64,000 nt of DNA from NCBI GenBank assembly GCA_017400305.1, contig JAFPTK010000003.1, forward strand, positions 2,724 to 66,723, read 5' to 3'. Below are positions 18,524 through 26,411 of this stretch, piece by piece. This DNA comes from Lachnospiraceae bacterium (GTDB lineage Bacteria > Bacillota > Clostridia > Lachnospirales > Lachnospiraceae). The position numbers and the translations under genes were made by a program. Under the pieces are notes generated by a model that worked only from the letters and a program-made list of their open reading frames with translations, ran no database searches and was not told where the DNA came from. Position 1 is the first letter of the stretch. Each line of letters begins with the position of its first letter.

Positions 18524-18864
18524 ACCGGCACCTCAAAGCTCTTCCCGCAGTCCGGGCAGACGCAGTGCATGACCGGCGGCTCGATATCGTTGATCCGCTG
18601 GTACATCTCCTGCAGGAACGCCAGATCGGCGGTGAAGAGCCGCTCGATGTGCGACGGGGTGATGATCTCCAGCCCCTCGATCTCCGTCACCACCTTGGAG
18701 AGGATGACGATGGTCAGGTAGGAGGGATTCTGCAGTACCTTGGGGTCCCTCGTGGCGGAGATCTCATCCATCGCCGTGGCTAAGCGCATCTTCCCCCTGC
18801 GGTGGATCTCCCCGCTCAGATCGACATAGCCCTTTGGCAGTGTGAATTCATAAACCGTTTCCAT
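18502..18864 (-). CDS. Tail assembly chaperone
   Basis: FTLPKGYVD...GKMRLATAMDEI...LFTADLAFLQEMYQRIN...CPDC; directly follows the tube gene. Confidence 0.88.
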   Translation of the reverse strand: METVYEFTLPKGYVDLSGEIHRRGKMRLATAMDEISATRDPKVLQNPSYLTIVILSKVVTEIEGLEIITPSHIERLFTADLAFLQEMYQRINDIEPPVMHCVCPDCGKSFEVPVNFTEEG

Positions 18865-18996
18865 TGCTTTTTCCTCCTGTCCTGATCAGGGCGCTTCCCG
18901 GCGTCCGTATCTGTTCCCGGCGGCGCGTGCCTGCGCATGCCTCATACTACCATGCCCCGGCCGGGCTGTGACACCCGGCGGGAGCCCCGACCGATA

Positions 18997-19521
18997 TCAG
19001 ATCGTCGGGATCGTGAGTTCCTCGTAAGCGATCTCCACCGACTCAATGGCGATATCGCTTGTCTTTGCGTCGAACTCCGGTGCCGTGTACTTGGTCACCC
19101 ATGCATTGGTGAGCACCCACACGCGCGTGCCGATCGTCCAGTCCAGAGCCTGGGGAACCGTGGTGTTCGTGTCGATCAGCTCGATCGATACGGTGTGGCG
19201 CGGGAGCTGTCCCCGGGTCTCGGAGACGCATTCGATCGCCCACTGTTTGAAATTGTTGTCCGGCGTATAGCCGAAGCGCAGGGTCACGTTGCCGTGCTTC
19301 ACCAGGCCCGGCACCTTGACAGGCGCCAGCGAATTGGCGTTGCCCTGACGGAACTCGATGACATCCACCGTGGCATCGATCCCCGTGACCTGGCTGAAGG
19401 CCGCGTGGGCGTCGATGTCCTTGACCTCCACGCGGAAATTCATTTTGGTTAAGGGATAAGCGAGGCCTTTATTTTCGTTATAGTAAATGCCGTCGCCCAC
19501 ACCTTCTGTTGTATTAGCCAT
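18997..19521 (-). CDS. Major tail tube protein (T4 gp19-like, Afp1/Pvc1-type)
   Basis: YPLTKMNFRVE...FSQVTG...VIEFRQG...KVPGLVKHGNVTLRFG...NAWVTKYTAPEFDA...IAIESVEIAYE. Confidence 0.95.
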   Translation of the reverse strand: MANTTEGVGDGIYYNENKGLAYPLTKMNFRVEVKDIDAHAAFSQVTGIDATVDVIEFRQGNANSLAPVKVPGLVKHGNVTLRFGYTPDNNFKQWAIECVSETRGQLPRHTVSIELIDTNTTVPQALDWTIGTRVWVLTNAWVTKYTAPEFDAKTSDIAIESVEIAYEELTIPTI

Positions 19522-19588
19522 AGATCCTCTCCTTTACTCAGATGCTGTCCCGGATCATCGGGACGTTTCTACGTCATCCGTTCCCGTC

Positions 19589-21310
19589 TCAGCCCTCGCT
19601 GCCAGCCTCCTCGGTGGTCGCATTGGCCGCTTCCGCGGTGTGCTGCGTGACACGGAAGATCACGAACTCTGCGGGTCTCGACGGTGCGATACCGACGTTG
19701 CAGATGAGACGTCCGTTCATGATGTCCTCTCTCGTCATGGTCTGTGCTCCGATCTCGACGAAGTAGGCCTCCTGCGGAGTCGATCCGGCCAACATCCCGG
19801 TGCGCCACATACTGTCGAGGAAGGCGCTGATCGTCATGCTGACACGCTGCCACAGGCGCATGTCGTTGGGCTCGAAGACGACCCAGTTCGTATTGGCCTT
19901 GATGCTCTCCTCCACGAAGATGAACAGACGGCGGACGTTGACATACTTGAAGGCCGAGTTGCTGGATGCCGTGCGGGCACCCCAGACGCGGATCCCCTGT
20001 CCGGGCAGCGAGCGGATCAGATTGACACCCTCGGGATTGAGGATGTCCTGCTCCTCCTTGCTGTAGTTGACCTTGAGCCCTGAGCAGAAGACCACCTCAT
20101 TGGCGGGTGCCTTGTGTACGCCGCGGTTGATGTCCGTCCGAGAATACACACCGAGGACAGCACCGGACGGCGGGACGAAGCCCACCTTGTTGGCGCCGCG
20201 GTCAAAGACCTGGATCCACGGATGATACATCGCCGCATAGGTCGAATCGATCATCCCGCGGTAGGCGATCAGCTCTTCGGTCTTGTACATCTCCTCCGGC
20301 ATATCGATGACGGCGAAGCGGCTGCGCATGTTCTCGCAGTGTCCGACCAGGGCTGCCACGACCTCAGGGATCGTGATGCCCGGGACCGCCATCATGCTGA
20401 CCAGATCGTTCTCCACAAAGGACTGGATCCCGGTGCGGCGCTCCGGTCCCTCATCGCTGCCGATGAAGGTTCCGGCGTTCACCTTGCCGATGTTGCCGTC
20501 GCTCCCGCCCTCCAGGGTCAGCATGCCGCTCTCCTGGTCGTCGCCCAGGATCGCCGCGACGGGGTTGCCGATCTCCACCTCCTGCGCCAGCGTGAGCTTC
20601 ACGATGTTGCTGCCCGCTGCCTTGGCGGAGAGGTAATTCGGAGAGGTCGGATTGAGGGTCAGCCCCTGATAGTTCTCGACCTCGTCATTGTGTCTGACCT
20701 GCATGTCAAAAGCAGCCAGTGTGACCACTTTCTTCGGGATGACCGACTCGTCCACCACATCGCCCTTGAACTCCTCCTCAAAGGTGACCGTCTCGTCATA
20801 GATGACGGAGATGCGGTTGTACTCGCCGTCAAAGCAGACCATGTCTCCCTCGCGGAAACCGTCGACGCTCTTGGCCACATAGGTGGCCTCGCCGCTCTTC
20901 GCGATGAGCTGCATCTTGCGCTTGTTCACCGTGTTGAAGGAGAGCTGGATCCGATTGCCCCACTTCCCTTCGTTGGCGGCCTTCGCTGTCAGGATGCCGC
21001 TCTTTTTCTGTGCGCAGGCTGCGCCGGGAGCGACCACACGCATGACATAGCAGCGTGTCCCGCCGTTGGCGAAGAACTGCTCGACACTGTGCGCGAGGAA
21101 ACGATACTCGCCATAGGTGTACTCCGGCAGGAAACCGCCGAACTGTCTTGTGAAACTTCTGAAATTGGTAACCAGAACCGGGGCTCCTGAGCTCCTGCCC
21201 TTCTCGGCAAAGCCGACAAATCCGGCAGTGCTGGTGCCGACGCCCTCGATACTGCGCGGCGAATTGTCATATTCCTCCACGTAGACGCCTGGTGATAAAT
21301 ACTCTGCCAT
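19589..21310 (-). CDS. Contractile tail sheath protein
   Basis: YLSPGVYVEE; FFANGG; YAAMYHPW; RGVHKAPANE; WGART; YVNVRRLF; WVVFEPND; PAEFVIFR. Confidence 0.97.
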   Translation of the reverse strand: MAEYLSPGVYVEEYDNSPRSIEGVGTSTAGFVGFAEKGRSSGAPVLVTNFRSFTRQFGGFLPEYTYGEYRFLAHSVEQFFANGGTRCYVMRVVAPGAACAQKKSGILTAKAANEGKWGNRIQLSFNTVNKRKMQLIAKSGEATYVAKSVDGFREGDMVCFDGEYNRISVIYDETVTFEEEFKGDVVDESVIPKKVVTLAAFDMQVRHNDEVENYQGLTLNPTSPNYLSAKAAGSNIVKLTLAQEVEIGNPVAAILGDDQESGMLTLEGGSDGNIGKVNAGTFIGSDEGPERRTGIQSFVENDLVSMMAVPGITIPEVVAALVGHCENMRSRFAVIDMPEEMYKTEELIAYRGMIDSTYAAMYHPWIQVFDRGANKVGFVPPSGAVLGVYSRTDINRGVHKAPANEVVFCSGLKVNYSKEEQDILNPEGVNLIRSLPGQGIRVWGARTASSNSAFKYVNVRRLFIFVEESIKANTNWVVFEPNDMRLWQRVSMTISAFLDSMWRTGMLAGSTPQEAYFVEIGAQTMTREDIMNGRLICNVGIAPSRPAEFVIFRVTQHTAEAANATTEEAGSEG

Positions 21311-21338
21311 TAACCTTCTCCTTTCTGAATGAATCCGA

Positions 21339-21725
21339 TTACTCTGTCATGACGCTCACCTGATTCGGTGAGACTACGGAGATGGTGCCCAGATAAGCAC
21401 ACTGCAGTTTACAGTCCTGTGTCAGGCACGGCAGGCCTCCTGCAGTCACTCCCACCTGTGACGGGATCCAGGCAGCCGTTGCGGGTACGCAGGGCTGCGG
21501 TGTCAGCACTCCCAGAGCCGCCGCCGTGGCTGACGCCACCGCCGGATTGGCCAGGGAACTGCACATGCCGAAGCCCGCCACATTGGTGAGCGGTGCTCCG
21601 TCCTGGATCGTCGCTACGGGCTGACCGTTCACCTGCGTCATCATCTGGCTCGTTACCACCAGATTGGACGGCAGGGTACCGAAGGAACAGGCAAGCGACG
21701 CTCCTGTTGTCACAAGCATGGACAT
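21339..21725 (-). CDS. PAAR-like spike tip protein (DUF4280)
   Basis: GASLACSFG; FGMCSSLANPAVASATAAALGVLTPQPCVP; CKLQCAYLGTI. Confidence 0.92.
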   Translation of the reverse strand: MSMLVTTGASLACSFGTLPSNLVVTSQMMTQVNGQPVATIQDGAPLTNVAGFGMCSSLANPAVASATAAALGVLTPQPCVPATAAWIPSQVGVTAGGLPCLTQDCKLQCAYLGTISVVSPNQVSVMTE

Positions 21726-21737
21726 ACTCCAACCTCC

Positions 21738-22523
21738 TTACTGTGTCCGCAGCGCGATCCCGTCGGGATCATGCATGTCCGCGGATACAAAATGATCGAT
21801 CCCCCTCACCCGGTAATGGATGAGGTACTCTGCCTGGGGTTCCTCACGGACCCGCAGCAGATAGTTTCCCCTGTCATCGACCCGGCCGCGGATCACACGG
21901 CAGATCGGCGCGTGTGCGTCCACTGGGCCTTCCAGGGGGCTCGCAAGGCTGACGACCGTCTGGGAGATGATATCCTGTACGACAAAGGTCCGGAAGGTCT
22001 CCTGCTCCTCTGTCCGGCACAGGGCCGCATAGTACACACTCTCCATGGACAGACGTCTGTTCGGAAGAACGAGCGAAAGCTCCTGCTTCCTCTCCCGATA
22101 CTCCCCCACACCGCAGAGCGGTTTGGCGGGATTGACCGCCTCGATCAGCTCAAGGCCGGTCAGTTGACCGGAAAACGTCAGTACCGAATACCCGTGTCGT
22201 CTGCTGTTCTCTGACTGTATCAGGAACACATCGATCATCGGGAGCCTCTCGTCCAGTTCCGCGTAGACAACGGGCTGCTCCACCGGATCGAAGCCATCGG
22301 CTTCGATGCGCATGAGAAAATCTTCCCTGCCCCGGTTGATGAGGAGATAATACCCGTCTGCCCTTGCGGTCATCGGCAGAAGCTTGCCCTCCCGGATAAA
22401 TCGGACATCCCTTGCAGTTACTACCGCTCCCGAGACCGTATCCAACAGTCGGATGCAAAGATCCAGTCGGGCGCGGATGGTAGCTCCGTTCAACAGATTT
22501 CTTTCCCTCCTTTCTTCATTCAT
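21738..22523 (-). CDS. CIS-associated hypothetical protein with a prealbumin/carboxypeptidase-regulatory-like beta domain
   Basis: Overlaps the Pvc16 stop; beta-rich sequence (IEADGFDPV); fold call is weak. Confidence 0.55.
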   Translation of the reverse strand: MNEERRERNLLNGATIRARLDLCIRLLDTVSGAVVTARDVRFIREGKLLPMTARADGYYLLINRGREDFLMRIEADGFDPVEQPVVYAELDERLPMIDVFLIQSENSRRHGYSVLTFSGQLTGLELIEAVNPAKPLCGVGEYRERKQELSLVLPNRRLSMESVYYAALCRTEEQETFRTFVVQDIISQTVVSLASPLEGPVDAHAPICRVIRGRVDDRGNYLLRVREEPQAEYLIHYRVRGIDHFVSADMHDPDGIALRTQ

Positions 22524-23103
22524 CTTCGCCTGCGATATGCAGACCGATCTCGGCCTCGACGACGCGGTGGGCGTCTACGACCACCTCGCTCGACAGGAAC
22601 ACGGGTGCCGCCTTGTAGAAGAGCGAGATCTGATAGGGCTTGTTGATCGCGCTCCACACCCTCACCTTTTCTTCCAGGCTTATCTTCGCCTGAGACAGCC
22701 TGATCGGTGGTTCCTGTGTCTCCAGCCAGTTCTGAAGATCGCTCGGCAGGACGGAGTTGTTGTCGTTGACGATCTGCGCCACCCGACCGACGATCTTCTG
22801 GAAATCCGCATCCTTTAAACCTGCCTGACCGGATGCGTTGATAAAAACCATATAGTAGAGGCTATACGGTTTTGGCGGCAACTGCAGCTGCACACGGCCG
22901 CGCGGTAAGGTCGGCGGCGGTGCGACATTCTCATCCTCCTTGATATCGTAGAGATAGAGTCCCAGGATGTAGTCCACATCCTGCGACGCGGGGGAGGAGA
23001 TCTCGATGTTATTCGGAGACGGAATCGGCTCCGGACACATCTTCTTGCGAAGGATCCTTAAGATATAATTGCTGACATCCGCGATGATGGTATAATCTGC
23101 CAT
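22516..23103 (-). CDS. Tail terminator/cap protein Pvc16/Afp16 (DUF4255)
   Basis: IADVSNYILRIL...LGLYLYDIKE...VWSAINKPYQISLFYKAAPV...RVVE. Confidence 0.88.
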   Translation of the reverse strand: MADYTIIADVSNYILRILRKKMCPEPIPSPNNIEISSPASQDVDYILGLYLYDIKEDENVAPPPTLPRGRVQLQLPPKPYSLYYMVFINASGQAGLKDADFQKIVGRVAQIVNDNNSVLPSDLQNWLETQEPPIRLSQAKISLEEKVRVWSAINKPYQISLFYKAAPVFLSSEVVVDAHRVVEAEIGLHIAGEDE

Positions 23104-23116
23104 TTCCGTTCTCCTG

Positions 23117-26100
23117 TCATCTCATCCCGGCGACTGCGTCCGAGAGTTTCTTCCTCTCGTTCTGCATGGCGTCCGTGATCAATATGGCGACATCGGTCCC
23201 CGGCACGTAGACGCAGGAGCATCCGATCAGCCCCTCCGCGTCGATCCTGGGGATGTAGAGATATTTCCGCACACTGCCGGGGGTAATGAGCGGATCCGCC
23301 TGCGAGACCGCAGGGAGTGTGAGTTTTTTCTTAGAGCCGTTCACCCGGATGTACTCCTTCTCTCCCACGGTAAACACGAGACTCCCGGAGGAATTGATCT
23401 TCGAGAGGGTCTCGCCGTTGCGCGTCACGTAGCGATATCCGGCCTCGTCACGGTTCCGGTCCACCGCCCCCGCGGAGACATATTCCTGCTCTCTGTCCTC
23501 CAGATACTGGGTGTACAGATAGCCGTTGCCGTCCTTTAACAGCTTGTCAAGCAGCCGGCGGATCTGATCGCGCTGCCTGCTGTCCGGATCCTCCAGATCC
23601 GTGAGCGCAGCGAGCAATGCAGCTTCATCGGCTGCGGAGAGATCATTTAAGCCCTTGCCGAGGGCGTCCGACACCGCATCATTCAGTGCGTCGTCGCCGC
23701 TTCCCGGCCATGCGGCACCGCTGTCTCCCTGATCTCCTCCCAGGTCGCGGTTTCCTCCCGATCCGTCATCCGTCTGCTCATTGACGTCCGTATTGCTCGT
23801 CGTGCGGTCGCCGCCCCTCTCGCGCTCCTCGTCCCGGCCGTCGTCACCTGCGCCGTCCCCGCCATCGGAATCGCGACTGTCGCCGATATTATCCTCCCCG
23901 TTGCTGCCCTCGCCGTCCTGACCGCGGCGGCTCGATCCGTCCCTTCCCAGCTCATCCAGCGCATCCTGTACGCGGGTGATGAGACCGGGATTCGCGCCGT
24001 GCAGCTCAAGAGCCTCCTTGATCTTGCGCAGTTCATCCTCGCCGTCCAGATACTTAAGCGCTTCGATATCCCGCGGGATATTCTCGAATTTGTCATCTCC
24101 GATATCCAGGAGCGCGTCGCGCCCGATGTCGTCCGCGAGCTTCTTCTCCGCATCGGTGCCGAGGGCCAGCGCCTGATCTCCGGCATCGCCGTCGCCTGCC
24201 GCATCTCCGAGCTCGTTCCCTCTCCCGTTGATCTGATCCTTGAGGTCATCGATGTCCTTCTTCTGTTTATCGGCGCCGTCCAGATCCCCCTCATCCAGAA
24301 GATCCATATAATCGGCCTCCATATCGGCCAGCTTCGCGTTCAGATCATCCAGGGTGTCGTCCCCGGTGCTTCCTGCCAGAGTGTCGTCCAGAAGCTTCTT
24401 AAGCCAGGTGATATGGCTCTCCAGCGCCTCATCCGCATACCCCTCGAAATCGCTGTGTCCGATGGTCGCGCGCTGCGCTTCCGCCCAGGAGATCCGCTGC
24501 TTGATAAAGTCAATGCCGTCGTTCTTAGGCAATCGGATCACCTTTGCCTTGGTCAGTAACTGCAGGGTGGAGAACTCCGCGTTCAATTCCCCCTTCTGTG
24601 CGGTCAGGGCCTCCTTTAAGAGCTTCTCTGCCGCGCCCTCTCCCTGTAATCTCGCATACTCCTCCGAGGGCTGCGCCGTGAGACCGCTCTGGACCCGCAG
24701 ATCCTCCTCCCCGATCAGCTGATCGATGAGCTTTAACTCACGCTCCACATTCACCGGCATCGTCCCCATGATGTTGTCCAGATCGGTCAGGTTGGCGCAC
24801 AGAAGCCGCGAACTGTCCGAGAGCGCATCCTCCGCTTCCACGAGCGACCGGCTCCATTCGTAACGCATCTCCGACAGGAGCGTGGTGCCCTCGCTCAGGG
24901 TGCGCTGCTTATATTTCAGATAGGAGCTCTGGCAGTTCACGATGGCCTCATTGATCGCATCGGTATAGGAGCTGTCCGGCACAAAGGTATTGCCGCCGGC
25001 ATTGTCGAAATACCCCTTGCCGTCCATGATCATCGAGAGGAGCGTACTCAGTCTGGGGACATTCCCCGCTCTGTCGGTGGGTTTCTTGCCGTCGGTTCCC
25101 TCCACGGCCAGCCACTGATACTCTCTGGCGCGGCGGTCCGCATCCACCGCCTCCATCAGACTGAGCAGGACCGACGCCTCGTCGGTCATCGCATTGGCTG
25201 CCGCTTCGGAATACAGGATGAAGAGGTGATCCAGCTGTCTGTCCAGACGGTCGGTCTCCTCATCCTGACCGGTCCTGCGGCGTAAGTAGTAGTATCCCTC
25301 GTTGAACCCGCCGCTCTCCACATCGCGCTCATAAGTACCGTAGGCCCCTCCCCCGATCCCGAAGGAACCGGTCTCCGAAGCCGGGCCAAAGAGTACCGCA
25401 TCCGTCAGAGCGCGGTGTTCGTTGCGGATATCGTTACACTTCAAGGATTCAAACTCCATCAGGTGGCTGCGGTCCAGCACGATGTCCGATGCGTCCAGCC
25501 GGTAATCATTCCCGTTTTCCTCATACCGCAGATCGTCCTCCAGGATTTCCCGCAGTTCCTCTCTGTCGCCGCTGGAATACGCGATCCAGAGATCCTTCAC
25601 GTCATCCTCGTCGGTATAGCGGTCCGGATTGTCCATGACATACATGACCAGCGCATATTCCACCATCTTTTCCACATATTTCTGCGCATCGGTGGCATTG
25701 CCGTTCTCATCGACGCCGTCCTCGGTGATGGTGATCTCCTGGCGGACGGAATTGAGGTAATCCAGCCGGTCCATATCCTCGTTGTACCAGTCGATATACT
25801 GGTCATGCAGCTCCGTCATGGTCCTTAACTCCGGCAGATTGGAGGGATCGTAGGGATCCAGGATATCAAAGGGATTGATGGGCAGTCCGTTCACCGGGTT
25901 GACCACCAGTCCGCCGCGGTCGACCACACAGGTGATCCAGAGATCCTTCATCTCGTCCTCATCCACCGGAAGTCCCTTGGTGGTGATGGACTGCAGGGAA
26001 CCGGCTCCGCTGATATCGCGCCAGGCGCCCTTCTCATCCGCCAGCTCCGAATTGTAGTACATGACCGGCTGATCGTAATTGCTCATGGAATCCCTCGCCA

Positions 26101-26407
26101 TCTCGTAGGACGCATCGGTAAAACCGTCAAAATCGATGAGCCAGGTCCCGATGAGGAGCGTCCTCGGCGAGATGGTGTTTCTCTTCTGGTAGCGCCCGAA
26201 GGTGGTGATCCCCCAGGTCTTCTCATACGCGAGCAGCGTCTCCTCCGAGAGCTGTCCCTCCCGGTTCTGCTTCCAGAATTTGGGCGCCGCGTGCACGACG
26301 GTCGGCGCCTTCCTCGCGTGCAGGAAGGCCGTGCAGACCACCACGGCGAGGGTGACCGCAAGCAGCAGGACCGCCAGTATTCTCTTTTTCGCCCGCGCTG
26401 CTCTCAT
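23117..26407 (-). CDS. Large exported protein, paralogue A (helical core, Gly/Asp-rich linker, C-terminal copper-amine-oxidase-N/stalk-like domain)
   Basis: Basic plus hydrophobic N-terminus; shares motifs along its length with 26412-29153. Confidence 0.7.
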   Translation of the reverse strand: MRAARAKKRILAVLLLAVTLAVVVCTAFLHARKAPTVVHAAPKFWKQNREGQLSEETLLAYEKTWGITTFGRYQKRNTISPRTLLIGTWLIDFDGFTDASYEMARDSMSNYDQPVMYYNSELADEKGAWRDISGAGSLQSITTKGLPVDEDEMKDLWITCVVDRGGLVVNPVNGLPINPFDILDPYDPSNLPELRTMTELHDQYIDWYNEDMDRLDYLNSVRQEITITEDGVDENGNATDAQKYVEKMVEYALVMYVMDNPDRYTDEDDVKDLWIAYSSGDREELREILEDDLRYEENGNDYRLDASDIVLDRSHLMEFESLKCNDIRNEHRALTDAVLFGPASETGSFGIGGGAYGTYERDVESGGFNEGYYYLRRRTGQDEETDRLDRQLDHLFILYSEAAANAMTDEASVLLSLMEAVDADRRAREYQWLAVEGTDGKKPTDRAGNVPRLSTLLSMIMDGKGYFDNAGGNTFVPDSSYTDAINEAIVNCQSSYLKYKQRTLSEGTTLLSEMRYEWSRSLVEAEDALSDSSRLLCANLTDLDNIMGTMPVNVERELKLIDQLIGEEDLRVQSGLTAQPSEEYARLQGEGAAEKLLKEALTAQKGELNAEFSTLQLLTKAKVIRLPKNDGIDFIKQRISWAEAQRATIGHSDFEGYADEALESHITWLKKLLDDTLAGSTGDDTLDDLNAKLADMEADYMDLLDEGDLDGADKQKKDIDDLKDQINGRGNELGDAAGDGDAGDQALALGTDAEKKLADDIGRDALLDIGDDKFENIPRDIEALKYLDGEDELRKIKEALELHGANPGLITRVQDALDELGRDGSSRRGQDGEGSNGEDNIGDSRDSDGGDGAGDDGRDEERERGGDRTTSNTDVNEQTDDGSGGNRDLGGDQGDSGAAWPGSGDDALNDAVSDALGKGLNDLSAADEAALLAALTDLEDPDSRQRDQIRRLLDKLLKDGNGYLYTQYLEDREQEYVSAGAVDRNRDEAGYRYVTRNGETLSKINSSGSLVFTVGEKEYIRVNGSKKKLTLPAVSQADPLITPGSVRKYLYIPRIDAEGLIGCSCVYVPGTDVAILITDAMQNERKKLSDAVAGMR

Positions 26408-26411
26408 CCTT

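Noticed and set aside
18870-19585. GC-rich hairpins flanking the tube gene as terminators
   Set aside because: Stems exist (e.g. GTCCCG/CGGGAC near 19547-19565) but lack U-tracts; they may affect mRNA stability but cannot be supported as terminators
4965-23103. Prophage or PBSX/R-type tailocin
   Set aside because: No capsid, portal, terminase, integrase or lysis genes in the window; Pvc16, Pvc15-like ATPase, Afp7-like and DUF4280 genes point to the eCIS lineage. The region beyond the left edge is unseen.
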